From the NCBI GenBank assembly GCA_009837885.1, contig VXSP01000014.1, positions 31,498 through 95,497 of the forward strand: DNA of 64,000 bases, read 5' to 3'. Every line of letters starts with the position of its first letter. Within the stretch, counting starts at the first letter, position 1. The position numbers were made by a program, and so were the translations under genes. Under the pieces are notes generated by a model. The model was not told the origin of the DNA. It made no database searches and saw nothing but the letters and a program-made list of their open reading frames with translations. The stretch comes from Holophagales bacterium. GTDB lineage: Bacteria; Acidobacteriota; Thermoanaerobaculia; Multivoradales; Multivoraceae. Positions 9,161 through 19,611 of this stretch are shown here, one piece after another.

Positions 9161-10474
9161 TCAAACGCCCCGGATTCCCTGCATCCACTTGCCGCGGGTC
9201 CGCTTCATCAGCTTCCGCATCTGGCGGTACTGCCTGAGCATCTGGTTCAGTTCCTGGACGGTGCGGCCGGAGCCGCGGGCGATGCGGCGGCGCCGGCTGG
9301 CGTTGAGGATCGCCGGATTGCGGCGTTCGCGCAGCGTCATCGAGTCGATCAGAGCGGTGATCGCGACCAGGCGGCTTTCGTCCATGGCGCCCGCGAGGTT
9401 CGCGCCGCGGAACTGGCCGGGGAGCAGCTCGAGGAGCTGGGACAGCGGCCCCATCCGGCGAAGCTGCCGCAACTGGTCCCGCAGGTCCTCGAGGGTGAAC
9501 TCCTGGCGGGCGATGCGTTCGGCGAGACGCTCCGTTTCCTGGCGGTCGACGACCCGCTCGGCCTTCTCGATCAGGGACAGCACATCGCCCATGCCGAGGA
9601 TGCGGGAGGCGATGCGGTCGGGCGCGAAGGGCTCCAGGTCTTCGAGTTTCTCGCCGACGCCGACGAAGCGAAGAGGGACCTCGGTCACGCCCCGGAGCGA
9701 CAGAGCGGCGCCGCCCCGCGCGTCACCGTCGAGCTTGGTCATCACCGCGCCGCTGAGCGGCGCGCCTTCGGCGAATGCGGCCGCGCTCCGCACCGCGTCC
9801 TGGCCGGTCATCGCGTCGCATACGAAGAGCGTCTCGCAGGGGTCGACCCGCTCCGCCAGCGCCGTGAGTTCGGCCATCGACTCGGCGTCCACGTGCAGGC
9901 GGCCCGCGGTGTCGAAGATCAGCGTGTCGAAGCCGCCGTCCCGAGCCGCCGCCAGGGCCCGGTTCGAGAAGGCCGCCAGATCTTCTCCGTCCGCGGGCTC
10001 GACGACCGTGACGCCGGCCGCCGCGCCGACCTGTTTGAGCTGCTCCACCGCCGCGGCGCGCCGGAGGTCGCCGGCCGCCAGCACCGGGTTTCTGCCCTGG
10101 CCGCGGAGCCGAACCGCCAGCTTGCCGGCGGTCGTCGTCTTGCCGGAGCCCTGGAGGCCGCAGAGCAGCACGACCGCCGGCCGGCCTTCGAACTGCAACT
10201 CCGCGCCCGGCTCTCCCAGCACCGCGATCAGCTCATCGCGGACGATCCGGATCATCTGCTGGTCGGGAGTCAGGCTGCTGAGCACCTCCTCGCCCAGCGC
10301 CAGCTCCTGGACGCGGCCGACGAAGGAACGGACGACCCGGACATGGACGTCGGCCTCCAGCAGCGCGAGGCGGATCTGCCGCACGGCGCGCCGGACGTGA
10401 TCCTCCGAGATCCGGCCCTCCGAGCGCAGGGACCGGAAGACCCCCTGTAGCTTGTCCTGAAGGCCCTCGAACAT
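9161..10474 (-). CDS. ffh: Signal recognition particle protein Ffh
   Basis: GLQGSGKTTTAGKLA, DTAGRLH, MTKLDGDARGGAALS, methionine-rich M-domain C-terminus. Confidence 0.95.
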   Translation of the reverse strand: MFEGLQDKLQGVFRSLRSEGRISEDHVRRAVRQIRLALLEADVHVRVVRSFVGRVQELALGEEVLSSLTPDQQMIRIVRDELIAVLGEPGAELQFEGRPAVVLLCGLQGSGKTTTAGKLAVRLRGQGRNPVLAAGDLRRAAAVEQLKQVGAAAGVTVVEPADGEDLAAFSNRALAAARDGGFDTLIFDTAGRLHVDAESMAELTALAERVDPCETLFVCDAMTGQDAVRSAAAFAEGAPLSGAVMTKLDGDARGGAALSLRGVTEVPLRFVGVGEKLEDLEPFAPDRIASRILGMGDVLSLIEKAERVVDRQETERLAERIARQEFTLEDLRDQLRQLRRMGPLSQLLELLPGQFRGANLAGAMDESRLVAITALIDSMTLRERRNPAILNASRRRRIARGSGRTVQELNQMLRQYRQMRKLMKRTRGKWMQGIRGV

Positions 10475-10490
10475 CAGACCTCCCCTGCCA

Positions 10491-13070
10491 TCAGGCCCCG
10501 CGCGCCACGCGCCGCCGCTGGCCGAGCGCGACCAGAGCCGGCAGCAGTGTGATGGAAACCAGCGCCGTGGCGACCGCGCCGAGGATGGCGACGATGCCCA
10601 TCGAGCGGAGTCCCGGGTAGTGCGACAGCGTCAGGGAGCCGAAGCCGACGCTGGTCGACACGGCGGCCAGCACGATCGCCTTGCCCGTCTCGCCCAGGCT
10701 CACGACCAGGCGGTCGTCCTGAAGCGCCTCCGGCCCGAAGCCGATCTCGCGCCAGCGGTGCACCATGTGGACGCCGTAGTCGACGCCGATGCCGATGATC
10801 ATCGTCACGACGAAGACGTTGAAGAAGTTCATGTCGAGTCCGATCAGGACCATGATCCCGAGCATCCATACGACGCCGACCGACAAGGGCAGCAGCGACA
10901 GCAGGGTACTCAGCAGCCAGCGATAGTCGAGGAAGAGCAGCAGCGCGACGAGGACGAAGCCGATGATCGAGGCGGTGACGGCGTCCACCCGGATGCCGTT
11001 CCGCAGCCTCTCGCCCACCACGTTGACACCAGACAGTGCCGCCTGTGGGCCGAGGCCCTCGACGATCTCGGAAGCGCCGGGCGGTGCGCTGCGCCGCCAC
11101 TGGCCCGGTGGTGGATACAGGTAGACGACCAGCTTCGGCTCGCTCTCGTTGCGGCTCCGGTAGCGCTCGAGCATGCGCTCCAACCGGGGCTCGGAACGAA
11201 GCGCCGAAGGCGTCACCTGTTCCCGGTTGCCTCCCGCGTCGGCGAGCAGGTCGATGCCCCGCCGGAAGGGCGCGGACCGGATGCCCTCCTCCGTCGCATA
11301 CCGCTCGAAGAGGGTGTGGAGACGTTCGCGATCGAACAACTCCCGGCGCTGCTCGAGCCAGTCGTGGGCTGTCGCCTGTCGCGCGGGTGAAGGCACCAGA
11401 CTGCCAATCCCGTCGATCCCGGTGAGGACGCCGCCGTCCACGAGTGGTCGAGCTCTCTCCTCCGCCAGGTGCGACAGCTCGAGCGCGTCTTCCTCCGTGG
11501 CGCCCGAGAGGACGATCATCGTGTAGTTCAGGCCCGAACCGAAGTACTCGGCCACTTCGTCCTGGACTTCGACGCCGGGGTTCCCCTGAGGCCGGAGTTC
11601 CCGGATCGCGTCCTCGAACTCCAGGCGCGGCGCGATCGCGCCGGTGGCCGCGGTGACGACCGCGCAGCAGCAGATGACGGTGACCGGCCGCTCGAAGCTC
11701 CAGCGCACCAGCCGGCGGGCGCCCAGGCCGTGGAGCACCAGCCGGGGCTGGCGTCCGGAAGCCGGCCGGTGATCCTCCCGCCAGGCGAGCATCGCCGGCA
11801 GCAGCAGAAGCACCGAGACCATGCAGAACAGGATGCCGGTGCCGGTCAGGAGCCCCATCTGACGAAGCCCGACGAAGTCGGTGACCAGGAACGCGTAGAA
11901 GGTGGCGGCGGTGGTGATCGCACCGGTCCATACCGCCCGCCCCGAGGAACCGCTCATCGCCACCAGGGCCGCTTCCAGGTCGGCGCCGCGACGCCGCTCC
12001 TCGACGTAACGGCCGTAGGAGACGATGACGAAGTCGATCCCGAGGCCGACCAGCAAAGCCGCGAAGCCACTGGTCAGGGCGTTCAGCTGTCCCAGCACGG
12101 TGCCGGCGAAGCCGAAGGCCAGCACCAGACCGAAGGCGAGCGGGATGAAGGCGTACGCGATCAGGCCGACCCGCCGGAAGGCGAGCGCGAACAGGAGCAG
12201 GACGCCGATCAGCGACGTCGCCAGGTTCGAGACGAGCCCGCCGACGATCGTGCCCGCGTCCGAGACCGCGGTGACGTAGGTACCGCCGAAGGCCACCTCG
12301 GGCAGCGGCAGCAGTTCGCCCTCGCGGTCCTCACCGCCGAGTTCGGGCCAGCGGCTCTGGAGGTCCGCGGCCAGTTCCTCGACCGCGACGATCAGCCGGC
12401 GGCCGAACTCGACCTCCTGCGCAGGCTCGGCCGGCCGCGCGATCAGCAGCGCGCGGGAGTGGTCCTGCGACAGGTAGTAACCGGTCGTCCAGTCGACCTT
12501 GAGGCCGCCGCGGGCGAGTTCGAACTGGTCCAGAAAGACGTCGACGAGGCCCAGGGGATCGAGCAGCATCGCGTCGCGCAGGGCCAGGCCCTCGGGGGTG
12601 GCCAGCCGGCGGCTGAGTTCCCGGACCCGGAGCTCGAGGCCGCCGTCAGTCAACCGGCCCGCCACCTCTTCGCGGGCCTCCTCGTCGAGGTAGGCGAACG
12701 CGTAGGGGAAGAGGGCCTCCGCAAGCTCCTGCAGCTCGCCGAAGTCGTAGTTGACGTAGTCGATCTCCTCGAGCGCCTCCATCGAGGCGCCCAGCTCCTC
12801 CACGAACGACAGGTACGGATCGAGCGGCACATCCGGCGGCAGCCGAACCAGGACGAGCAGGTAGTCGAGACTGCCGAAGTCCTCGATCGTCGACCGGAAG
12901 GTCGTGACCACCGGGTCGTCTTTCGGCAACAGATTCAGGATCTCCGTGTCGAACCGGAGGCGTGTCGCAGACCACACGCTGAGGACGACCAGCACCGCCG
13001 CGGCCAGGAACACGGCCCGGTGGCGGCGCCGCGCGAAGGCGGCCAGCCATGCCAGAACGGACTGGATCAT
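10491..13070 (-). CDS. MMPL/RND-superfamily exporter (two MMPL domains, 12 TM)
   Basis: 859 aa with two repeated hydrophobic MMPL halves separated by large soluble loops. Confidence 0.85.
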   Translation of the reverse strand: MIQSVLAWLAAFARRRHRAVFLAAAVLVVLSVWSATRLRFDTEILNLLPKDDPVVTTFRSTIEDFGSLDYLLVLVRLPPDVPLDPYLSFVEELGASMEALEEIDYVNYDFGELQELAEALFPYAFAYLDEEAREEVAGRLTDGGLELRVRELSRRLATPEGLALRDAMLLDPLGLVDVFLDQFELARGGLKVDWTTGYYLSQDHSRALLIARPAEPAQEVEFGRRLIVAVEELAADLQSRWPELGGEDREGELLPLPEVAFGGTYVTAVSDAGTIVGGLVSNLATSLIGVLLLFALAFRRVGLIAYAFIPLAFGLVLAFGFAGTVLGQLNALTSGFAALLVGLGIDFVIVSYGRYVEERRRGADLEAALVAMSGSSGRAVWTGAITTAATFYAFLVTDFVGLRQMGLLTGTGILFCMVSVLLLLPAMLAWREDHRPASGRQPRLVLHGLGARRLVRWSFERPVTVICCCAVVTAATGAIAPRLEFEDAIRELRPQGNPGVEVQDEVAEYFGSGLNYTMIVLSGATEEDALELSHLAEERARPLVDGGVLTGIDGIGSLVPSPARQATAHDWLEQRRELFDRERLHTLFERYATEEGIRSAPFRRGIDLLADAGGNREQVTPSALRSEPRLERMLERYRSRNESEPKLVVYLYPPPGQWRRSAPPGASEIVEGLGPQAALSGVNVVGERLRNGIRVDAVTASIIGFVLVALLLFLDYRWLLSTLLSLLPLSVGVVWMLGIMVLIGLDMNFFNVFVVTMIIGIGVDYGVHMVHRWREIGFGPEALQDDRLVVSLGETGKAIVLAAVSTSVGFGSLTLSHYPGLRSMGIVAILGAVATALVSITLLPALVALGQRRRVARGA

Positions 13071-13125
13071 CGCCGTCGTCCCACGTCGACGAGGAAGAGC
13101 GCCGGCGAGGCCGGGGATCGCACGC

Positions 13126-13758
13126 TCATTGCTCCGAGGCTGCCGCCCCGAACGCTTCGAGCACCCGCCGGCCGTTGCGCACGAAGTACTCGATGCCCGA
13201 GTAGAGCGTCGCGCCCAGCGCCACCCACAGCGACAGCGGCGCCAGCAGGTCGAACGACCCCAGCTTCTGGGAGATGATGAGCAGCGAGATCGCCACGATC
13301 TGCGTCGTCGTCTTCACCTTGCCGGCGAAGCTCGCGGCCAGGACCACGTTCTGGGCCGCGGCGAGCGAGCGCAGCGACGAGACCGCGAACTCGCGCGCGA
13401 TGACAACGACCACCATCCACGCATCGACCAGCCCGAGGCCGACCAGGGAGATGAAGGCGGCCGACGTCAGGATCTTGTCCGCCGCCGGGTCGAGCAGCTT
13501 GCCCAGTGCGGTGACCTCCTTGCGGCGCCGCGCGAGAAAGCCGTCGAGGAAGTCGGTCAGCGAGGCGACCAGGAACAGGCCGAGGCCGTAGAACTCCCAG
13601 CCGTCCACCTGCGTCAACAGAACCGCTACCAGCAGCGGGACGATCAGGATCCGGCTGAGCGTCAGCGCGTTCGGCAGGTTGAGACCCGCTCGCAGCAGGG
13701 CAGCCGTCGCGACTTGCTGGCGGTCCGCTTCCCGCTCCGTCACGCGTTCTCCCCTCAA
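13126..13758 (-). CDS. pgsA: CDP-diacylglycerol--glycerol-3-phosphate 3-phosphatidyltransferase (CDP-alcohol phosphatidyltransferase family)
   Basis: NLPNALTLSRILIVPL...DFLDGFLARRRKEVTALGKLLDPAADK motif (D-G-x2-A-R-x8-G-x3-D-x3-D). Confidence 0.85.
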   Translation of the reverse strand: MRGERVTEREADRQQVATAALLRAGLNLPNALTLSRILIVPLLVAVLLTQVDGWEFYGLGLFLVASLTDFLDGFLARRRKEVTALGKLLDPAADKILTSAAFISLVGLGLVDAWMVVVVIAREFAVSSLRSLAAAQNVVLAASFAGKVKTTTQIVAISLLIISQKLGSFDLLAPLSLWVALGATLYSGIEYFVRNGRRVLEAFGAAASEQ

Positions 13759-16514
13759 CTGAGACAGTCTTCGATGAGCTGCTCGGCGGCAGCGAAGGCC
13801 GAGGTCAGGTTCTCGGCCCGACCTCCGGCCTGGGCGAAGTCGCGGCGGCCGCCGCCGCTGCCCGAGATCGCGGAACCCATCGCCCGCGCCACCGCCGCAG
13901 CGTCGATCCGATCCTGAACATCCCTGGTCACCGAGGCGACGAGCTTCGCCTTGCCGTCATCCAGGGCGCCAAGCACGACGACGCCCGATCCGAGGCGGCC
14001 CCGCAAGACATCGGCAAGGTTGCGCAGCTCGCCCACGTTGGAGGCCGGCACCTCGCGCAGAACGACGTCGACGCCGCGGATGGACCGGGTGTCGCCGGAT
14101 GGCTTCAGGTTCGCACTGGCTTCAGGCGTCCCCGCCCGAGCCTCACCGGCGAGCAGTTTGAGACGGAGTTGAGAGAGCTCCCGCTCGACCTCCCGAAGCC
14201 GCTCCTTCAGCGCCCGCACTTCGACCGCGGCCTTTTCACCTTCGGCGCCGATCGCGTGCTGGAGCGCGACCAGCAGATGCGTCTGATTTCGGCGCAAACG
14301 GTCCGCTCTGTCTCCAGCGAGCGCCTCGATCCGGCGGACGCCGGCGGCCACGCCGCGCTCGCCGACCAAGGCCACGGGACCGATCTCGCCCGTGTTCCGG
14401 ACGTGACAACCGCCGCAGAGTTCCAGACTGAATCCGGGGATCTCCACTGTCCGGACTTGATCACCGTACTTCTCGCCGAACAACGCCATCGCACCGGCAG
14501 CCACGGCTTCGTCATAGGAGCGCTCCGTGACCTTCACCGGCACGGCGCGCCGAACCCACTCGTTCACCGTGTCCTCGATCGCCTCCTGCTGCTCTTCGGT
14601 GACCGGAGCGCCGTGCGTGAAGTCGAAACGCAGCCGGTCGGGATGGACCAGGGAACCCGCCTGGCGCACGCCCGTGCCGAGGTGCTGGCGCAGGGCCGCG
14701 TGCAGCAGGTGGGTCGCGGTGTGGTGCCGCTGGGCCGACTCGCGCCGCTCGCGATCGACCTGGAGTTCGACTTCCGCATCCAGCAGCAGCTCGCCGTCGG
14801 TCACCTCCACACGGTGAACGATCAGTTCACCATCCCGGAAGGTGTCCAAGACCTTGCCTTGCCCGCCTTCCCAAGCCACCGCGCCTACATCGCCAACCTG
14901 TCCACCCGCCTCCGCGTACAGGGGAGTTCTGTCGAGAGCAACAAGACCGGCACCAGCCAAGCGCTCTACTTCCTTCGGCACCTGATCACCGGCCTCCCAC
15001 AGGAAGGTGGTAGTCGCCTTCGCCTCAAAGTCGTCATAGCCGGTGAACTCGGTCCGCCTAGGCGGCGCCAGGCGTCCGCTCGCCCGACCGGGTCCCGCGC
15101 TGGCGACCCCGCCACGGCCCTTGGATTCGGCGGGAGTCTTGACACCAAGTTCAGCCCTGAGCTGCGGTCGGCCGGCACTTGCGGACGCCGAGAGGTTGAC
15201 CACTCTGCGGGAACCAGCGCGCGAGCGCTCCCGCTGCGCCGCCAGCGCCGCCTCGAACCCCTCCTCGTCGATCGAGAACTGCTCCTCCTCGGCGATCTCC
15301 CGCACCGTCTCGATCGGCAGGCCGAACGTGTCGTAGAGACGAAAGACCTGCTCGCCGGCCAGCGCCGAATCGCCCTCGGCGCGGGCCTCCTCGATCGCCT
15401 GCTGGACCTTGCCGGCGCCAACCGCGACCGTCTCCAGGAACCGGGTTTCCTCGGCGGTGATCGTGGCCGAGGACGGCTCGCGGGCCTTCTCCAGTTCCGG
15501 ATAGTGGCCGGCGAAAGCCTCTTCGAGCGAGGGCAGGAGCGTGGCCATGAACGGCTCCTCGAAGCCGAGCTTCATACCGTGGCGCGAGGCGCGGCGGAGG
15601 AGCCGGCGCAGCACGTATCCCCGGCCCTCGTTGCTCGGCAGGACGCCGTCGGCGAGCAGGAAGCCGACCGCCCGGAGGTGATCGGCCACCACCCGCATGG
15701 ACACGTCCGCCTCCGGATCGCGGCCGTACTCGCCTCCCGCCGCCCCGGCAACCGCCGTCAGGATCGTGCCGAACAGATCCGTGTCGTAGTTCGAGTCGAC
15801 GCCCTGAAGCACCGCGGCCACTCTCTCCAGTCCCGCGCCGGTGTCGATCGACGGGTTCGGGAGCGGCTCGCTCCGGCCGTCCTCGTGACGCTCGAACTGC
15901 ATGAAGACGAGGTTCCAGATCTCGAGATACCGGCCCGATCCCTCTCCCTCCTCCCAGCCGACCTTGGGGAGATCGGGCGCGGTGTCGACGAAGATCTCGC
16001 TGCACGGACCGCACGGGCCCGTGTCGCCCATCGCCCAGAAGTTGTCCTTCTCGCCGCAGCGCAGGACCCGCTCGGGCGGCAGGCCGGAGATCCGCAGCCA
16101 CAGGTCCTCGGCCTCGTCGTCCTGCTCGAACACGGTGGCGAAGAGATGCTCCGGCCTGAGGCCCCAGGGTCCGGTCACCAGTTCCCAGGCGGAATCGATC
16201 GCCTCCTCCTTGAAGTAGTCGCCGAAGGAGAAGTTCCCCAGCATCTCGAAGAAGGTGTGATGGCGCGGGCTCGGGCCGACGTTCTCCAGGTCGTTGTGCT
16301 TGCCGGACACCCTGAGGCACTTCTGGGAGGTCACCGCGCGCGGCGACTCCGGCTGCTCGACGCCGAGGAAGTAGTTCTTGAACTGGACCATCCCGGCGTT
16401 CACGAACAGCAGGGTCGGATCGTCGCGCGGCACGAGGGGCGAACTCGGCACGGGCGCGTGCCCGCGGCCGGCGTAGAAGTCGATGAAGCTCTGCCTGATG
16501 TCCCGACTCAACAT
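13755..16514 (-). CDS. alaS: Alanine--tRNA ligase
   Basis: N-terminal FVNAGMVQFK...HHTFFEMLGNFSFGDYFK, editing domain HxxxH...CGGCH, C-terminal DHH-like domain; ATGA overlap with pgsA. Confidence 0.95.
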   Translation of the reverse strand: MLSRDIRQSFIDFYAGRGHAPVPSSPLVPRDDPTLLFVNAGMVQFKNYFLGVEQPESPRAVTSQKCLRVSGKHNDLENVGPSPRHHTFFEMLGNFSFGDYFKEEAIDSAWELVTGPWGLRPEHLFATVFEQDDEAEDLWLRISGLPPERVLRCGEKDNFWAMGDTGPCGPCSEIFVDTAPDLPKVGWEEGEGSGRYLEIWNLVFMQFERHEDGRSEPLPNPSIDTGAGLERVAAVLQGVDSNYDTDLFGTILTAVAGAAGGEYGRDPEADVSMRVVADHLRAVGFLLADGVLPSNEGRGYVLRRLLRRASRHGMKLGFEEPFMATLLPSLEEAFAGHYPELEKAREPSSATITAEETRFLETVAVGAGKVQQAIEEARAEGDSALAGEQVFRLYDTFGLPIETVREIAEEEQFSIDEEGFEAALAAQRERSRAGSRRVVNLSASASAGRPQLRAELGVKTPAESKGRGGVASAGPGRASGRLAPPRRTEFTGYDDFEAKATTTFLWEAGDQVPKEVERLAGAGLVALDRTPLYAEAGGQVGDVGAVAWEGGQGKVLDTFRDGELIVHRVEVTDGELLLDAEVELQVDRERRESAQRHHTATHLLHAALRQHLGTGVRQAGSLVHPDRLRFDFTHGAPVTEEQQEAIEDTVNEWVRRAVPVKVTERSYDEAVAAGAMALFGEKYGDQVRTVEIPGFSLELCGGCHVRNTGEIGPVALVGERGVAAGVRRIEALAGDRADRLRRNQTHLLVALQHAIGAEGEKAAVEVRALKERLREVERELSQLRLKLLAGEARAGTPEASANLKPSGDTRSIRGVDVVLREVPASNVGELRNLADVLRGRLGSGVVVLGALDDGKAKLVASVTRDVQDRIDAAAVARAMGSAISGSGGGRRDFAQAGGRAENLTSAFAAAEQLIEDCLS

Positions 16515-17017
16515 GAGCTTTCGCCCCGCATCTCCCCCTCAGCGATCCCGCCACCGGCGGTGTCGAACACGACGGTTCCAATAGTACGGGGAAGGAAGCC
16601 GCGCCGTTCGAGATGCCGGGCCAGGGCGGCGGCGTCGCGCGACGGGTGACTCGACCTGAAGCGCGCCGCCACGGCCACCGCCCGCTCCAGCTCGTCCTCG
16701 TCGTCGACGGTTTCGAGCGCCGCCCGGGCCGCCGCCTCGTCCGCGCCGCGCCGGCGCAGGTCGAGTTCGAGCCGCCGCCGGCCATAGCCCCGCCGCTTGA
16801 GCGACCGCACGAGCACGTGCGCGGTCTCCCCTTCGTTCAGGTGACCGGCGGCGGTCAGCCGTTCGACCGCGCTCTCCACCTCGGCCCGCTCGTAGCCTCG
16901 CTGCCCGAGTTTCGCCGCCAGCTCGGCCGCGAAGTGCGGGCGCCGCGCCAGCAGATCGAGTCCACGATCGTACGCCGGCTTCGGCGCCCGCTTTCGACTG
17001 GGTGCAGGTTGAGTCAA
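16508..17017 (-). CDS. recX: Recombination regulator RecX
   Basis: 169 aa of three-helix repeats: YDRGLDLLARRPHFAAELAAKLGQRGYERAEVESAVERLTAAGHLNEGETAHV, RecX-like; overlaps the alaS start by 7 nt. Confidence 0.8.
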   Translation of the reverse strand: MTQPAPSRKRAPKPAYDRGLDLLARRPHFAAELAAKLGQRGYERAEVESAVERLTAAGHLNEGETAHVLVRSLKRRGYGRRRLELDLRRRGADEAAARAALETVDDEDELERAVAVAARFRSSHPSRDAAALARHLERRGFLPRTIGTVVFDTAGGGIAEGEMRGESSC

Positions 17018-17024
17018 GTTCGGG

Positions 17025-17053
17025 TCACGGAAAATGGTGGCCGCTTCGCGGCC
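17025..17053 (-). terminator. Candidate intrinsic terminator-like hairpin between rsmE and recX
   Basis: GGCCGCGAAGCGGCC hairpin followed on the minus strand by ACCAUUUUCC (short U-tract). Confidence 0.3.
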
Positions 17054-17144
17054 CTTCTTCTGGCCGCCTCCGGCGGGAGCGGGTCAGAAAGACCCGCGCA
17101 CCGACAGGACGCCATGCTAGTCGGTCTGAGGCGGAGCCTCGCCG

Positions 17145-17831
17145 TCACGACATCGCTGTCAGGGCCACGGCGAGCGCGGCTACGGCGGCTGTCTCGGTCC
17201 GCAGTACGCGGGGGCCGAAGTGCGCCGGAACCACTCCACACCCGGCCAGCTCCTCGACCTCTCGTTCGCTGAACCCGCCCTCGGGTCCCACGACGATCGC
17301 TTCGGCCGATCCCGCGACGGCGATGAACGGCGTTGGGGCGCCGGGATGCAGCGCCACCGCTCCGGCGCCGATCGGCGCTTCCTTGAGCGGGACGGGCTCG
17401 GCGATCTCGGGCAGCCAGGAGCCGCCGCTCTGCTCGAGGGCCGACTTCGCGACCCGGCGCTGACGCTCCAGCGCCCGCTCCGGCAGGGAACGGCTGGTGC
17501 GCTCCGAGACGAACCACCGCAGTTCGCGCAGTCCGAGTTCCGTCGCCTTCTCGACCAGCCAGGCCGCGCGCTCCGGGCGCACCGCGGACACGAACAGCGC
17601 CACGCGCCGGGCCGGCTCGAACACCGGCGCCTCGCCTCCGACCCGCAGCACCGCCCGCCGCGCGGTCACGTGGTCCACCACCGACCAGCGAGCCGCACCG
17701 CGCCCGTCGACGAGACGCACCCGGTCGCCGACCTTCAGCCGGCGGGCCCGGAACAGGTGCCGGTGATCCGCGCCTTCGACCTCGATCGTTCCGCGGGCGA
17801 GATCACCGGCTTCGGCCAACAGGTGGATCAC
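17145..17831 (-). CDS. rsmE: 16S rRNA (uracil1498-N3)-methyltransferase RsmE
   Basis: LFVSAVRPERAAWLVEKATELGLRELRWFVSERT...IVVGPEGGFSEREVEEL, RsmE signature. The track ORF 17145..18119 has an implausible ~95-aa Ser/Cys/Arg-rich N-extension; GTG at 17829-17831 (MIHLLAEAGDL...) chosen. Confidence 0.8.
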   Translation of the reverse strand: MIHLLAEAGDLARGTIEVEGADHRHLFRARRLKVGDRVRLVDGRGAARWSVVDHVTARRAVLRVGGEAPVFEPARRVALFVSAVRPERAAWLVEKATELGLRELRWFVSERTSRSLPERALERQRRVAKSALEQSGGSWLPEIAEPVPLKEAPIGAGAVALHPGAPTPFIAVAGSAEAIVVGPEGGFSEREVEELAGCGVVPAHFGPRVLRTETAAVAALAVALTAMS

Positions 17832-17859
17832 GAGCCCAGGAAGATCAGGAGACCTGACG

Positions 17860-18960
17860 TCAGAAGAGATCCTTGACCCGGTTGAACAGGCCGCGCTCCT
17901 CGCGGATCGTGGCGCCGCCGTCGTCGGAGAGTTCGGCCAGCGCCCGCACGTGCTCGAGTTCGCTCTCCGAGAGGTCCCGCGGCGCCGGCACGTTGAGCAG
18001 CACCTCGACGACGTGGTCGCCACGGCCGCGGCCGTCGAGCCGGGGAATGCCCTCGGACCGCAACACGAAGGTCGAGCCGTGAGCGGTCGCCGGCGGCACC
18101 TCGAGTTGCGTTGCGCCATGCACCGTCTCCACGTCCACCGAGCAGCCGAAGACCGCCTGCGGAAAGCCGATTGTGACCGAGCTGAGGACGTCGGCGCCGC
18201 GCCGGCTCAAGCGTTCGTGCGGCTCGACTCCGATCACCACGTAGAGGTCGCCCGGCGGGCCGCCGTGCCGGCCGTGCTCCCCCTCGCCGGGAAGACGGAG
18301 GCGGGATCCCGTGTCGACGCCGGCGGGTACCCGGACCTGGATCGAGCGCTGCCGCTCCTTCCGCCCCTCGCCCCGGCAGTCGCCGCAGGGATCGCGGATG
18401 ACGCTCCCCGCCCCGCGGCAGTCGGGACAGGTGCGGGCGACGGAGAAGAAGCCCTGGCTGTACTGGACCTGACCCCGGCCGCCGCACATGCGACACGCGG
18501 TGGGACCGGACCCGGGCGCCGCGCCGCTGCCGCCGCAACTGTCGCAGCGTTCGAGCCGCGGAATGCGCAGCTTCGGCTCCACTCCGAAAGCCGCATCCTC
18601 GAACGAGATCCGCAGGTCGTAACGAAGATCCGCGCCCGCGCGCCGGCGGCGACCGCCGGCGCGACTGCCGAAGCCGAAGACATCGCCCAGGATGTCCGAG
18701 AAGTCGGCGAAGATGGTGGGGTCGAAGCCGCCGCCGGTCGGCGTCGCCTGGTGCCCGAAGCGGTCGTAGCGTTGCCGCTTGTCGGCATCCGAGAGCACCG
18801 CGTACGCCTCAGCCGCCTCTTTGAACTTCTCCTCGGCGGCGCTGTCTCCCGGGTTGCGATCGGGGTGGTAGCGAACGGCCAGCTTGCGATACGCCGACTT
18901 GATCTCCTGCAGGGTCGCCGAACGTTCGAGGCCCAGGACCTCGTAGTAATCACGCGGCAT
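17860..18960 (-). CDS. dnaJ: Molecular chaperone DnaJ
   Basis: J-domain YYEVLGL...HPDRN, G/F region, four CxxCxGxG zinc-finger repeats. Confidence 0.95.
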   Translation of the reverse strand: MPRDYYEVLGLERSATLQEIKSAYRKLAVRYHPDRNPGDSAAEEKFKEAAEAYAVLSDADKRQRYDRFGHQATPTGGGFDPTIFADFSDILGDVFGFGSRAGGRRRRAGADLRYDLRISFEDAAFGVEPKLRIPRLERCDSCGGSGAAPGSGPTACRMCGGRGQVQYSQGFFSVARTCPDCRGAGSVIRDPCGDCRGEGRKERQRSIQVRVPAGVDTGSRLRLPGEGEHGRHGGPPGDLYVVIGVEPHERLSRRGADVLSSVTIGFPQAVFGCSVDVETVHGATQLEVPPATAHGSTFVLRSEGIPRLDGRGRGDHVVEVLLNVPAPRDLSESELEHVRALAELSDDGGATIREERGLFNRVKDLF

Positions 18961-18968
18961 GGCGTATC

Positions 18969-19577
18969 TCAGGCGCCGCCGGCCGCGGCGTCGGCGTCGG
19001 CCCCGGCGCGGTCCTCGACGCTGCCGTCCCGGGACGCCGGCGCCGCCGCCGGCATGGCGACGCGGACCATCGCGGCGCGCAGCAGCCGCGACTCCATCGT
19101 GTATCCGGTCTGCAGCTCCTGCACGACGGTGGGCTCGTCGACTTCGGCGCTCTCTTCGCGCGCGACGGCCTGGTGGATGTTCGGATCGAAGGGCGCGTTC
19201 ACGCCCTCCACCGGCTCGACGCCGAACCGTCGCAGAAGGTCCGCCATCTGACGACGGATCATCTCGACGCCGGCGCGCAGGTCGTCAGCCGATGCCTCGG
19301 CCTGGAGCGCCCGGTCCAGGTTGTCGACCACGTCGAGGAACTCGCGCAGCGGACCGGCCGCCGTGTTCCATCGCGACTCGAGCCGCTCCCTCTCGGCGCG
19401 CTTGCGCAGATTGTCGAACTCGGCCGCGGCGCGCCGCAGCCGGTCGACTTCCTCCCCGGCCGCCGCGAGCTCGGCCCGCAGCTCGCCCTCGACATCCGGC
19501 GCGCCGCCGTCGACCGGCTCGACGCCGGCCTGGTCCTCCTCGTGAGAGTCCGGGCTCTCCTTGGCCTCGATCGTCAT
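18969..19577 (-). CDS. grpE: Nucleotide exchange factor GrpE
   Basis: [13 protein letters not shown]...[11 protein letters not shown]...GV..VEG.PFDPN.HQAV. Confidence 0.9.
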   Translation of the reverse strand: MTIEAKESPDSHEEDQAGVEPVDGGAPDVEGELRAELAAAGEEVDRLRRAAAEFDNLRKRAERERLESRWNTAAGPLREFLDVVDNLDRALQAEASADDLRAGVEMIRRQMADLLRRFGVEPVEGVNAPFDPNIHQAVAREESAEVDEPTVVQELQTGYTMESRLLRAAMVRVAMPAAAPASRDGSVEDRAGADADAAAGGA

Positions 19578-19611
19578 GGTCCAGGTTGCTGCGTCATGGT
19601 TCGGGTCCCTG

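Noticed and set aside
17832-18119. N-terminal ~95-aa Ser/Cys/Arg-rich extension of the rsmE track ORF
   Set aside because: Low-complexity sequence overlapping the dnaJ 3' region; the RsmE homology begins at the GTG-initiated MIHLLAEAGDL.
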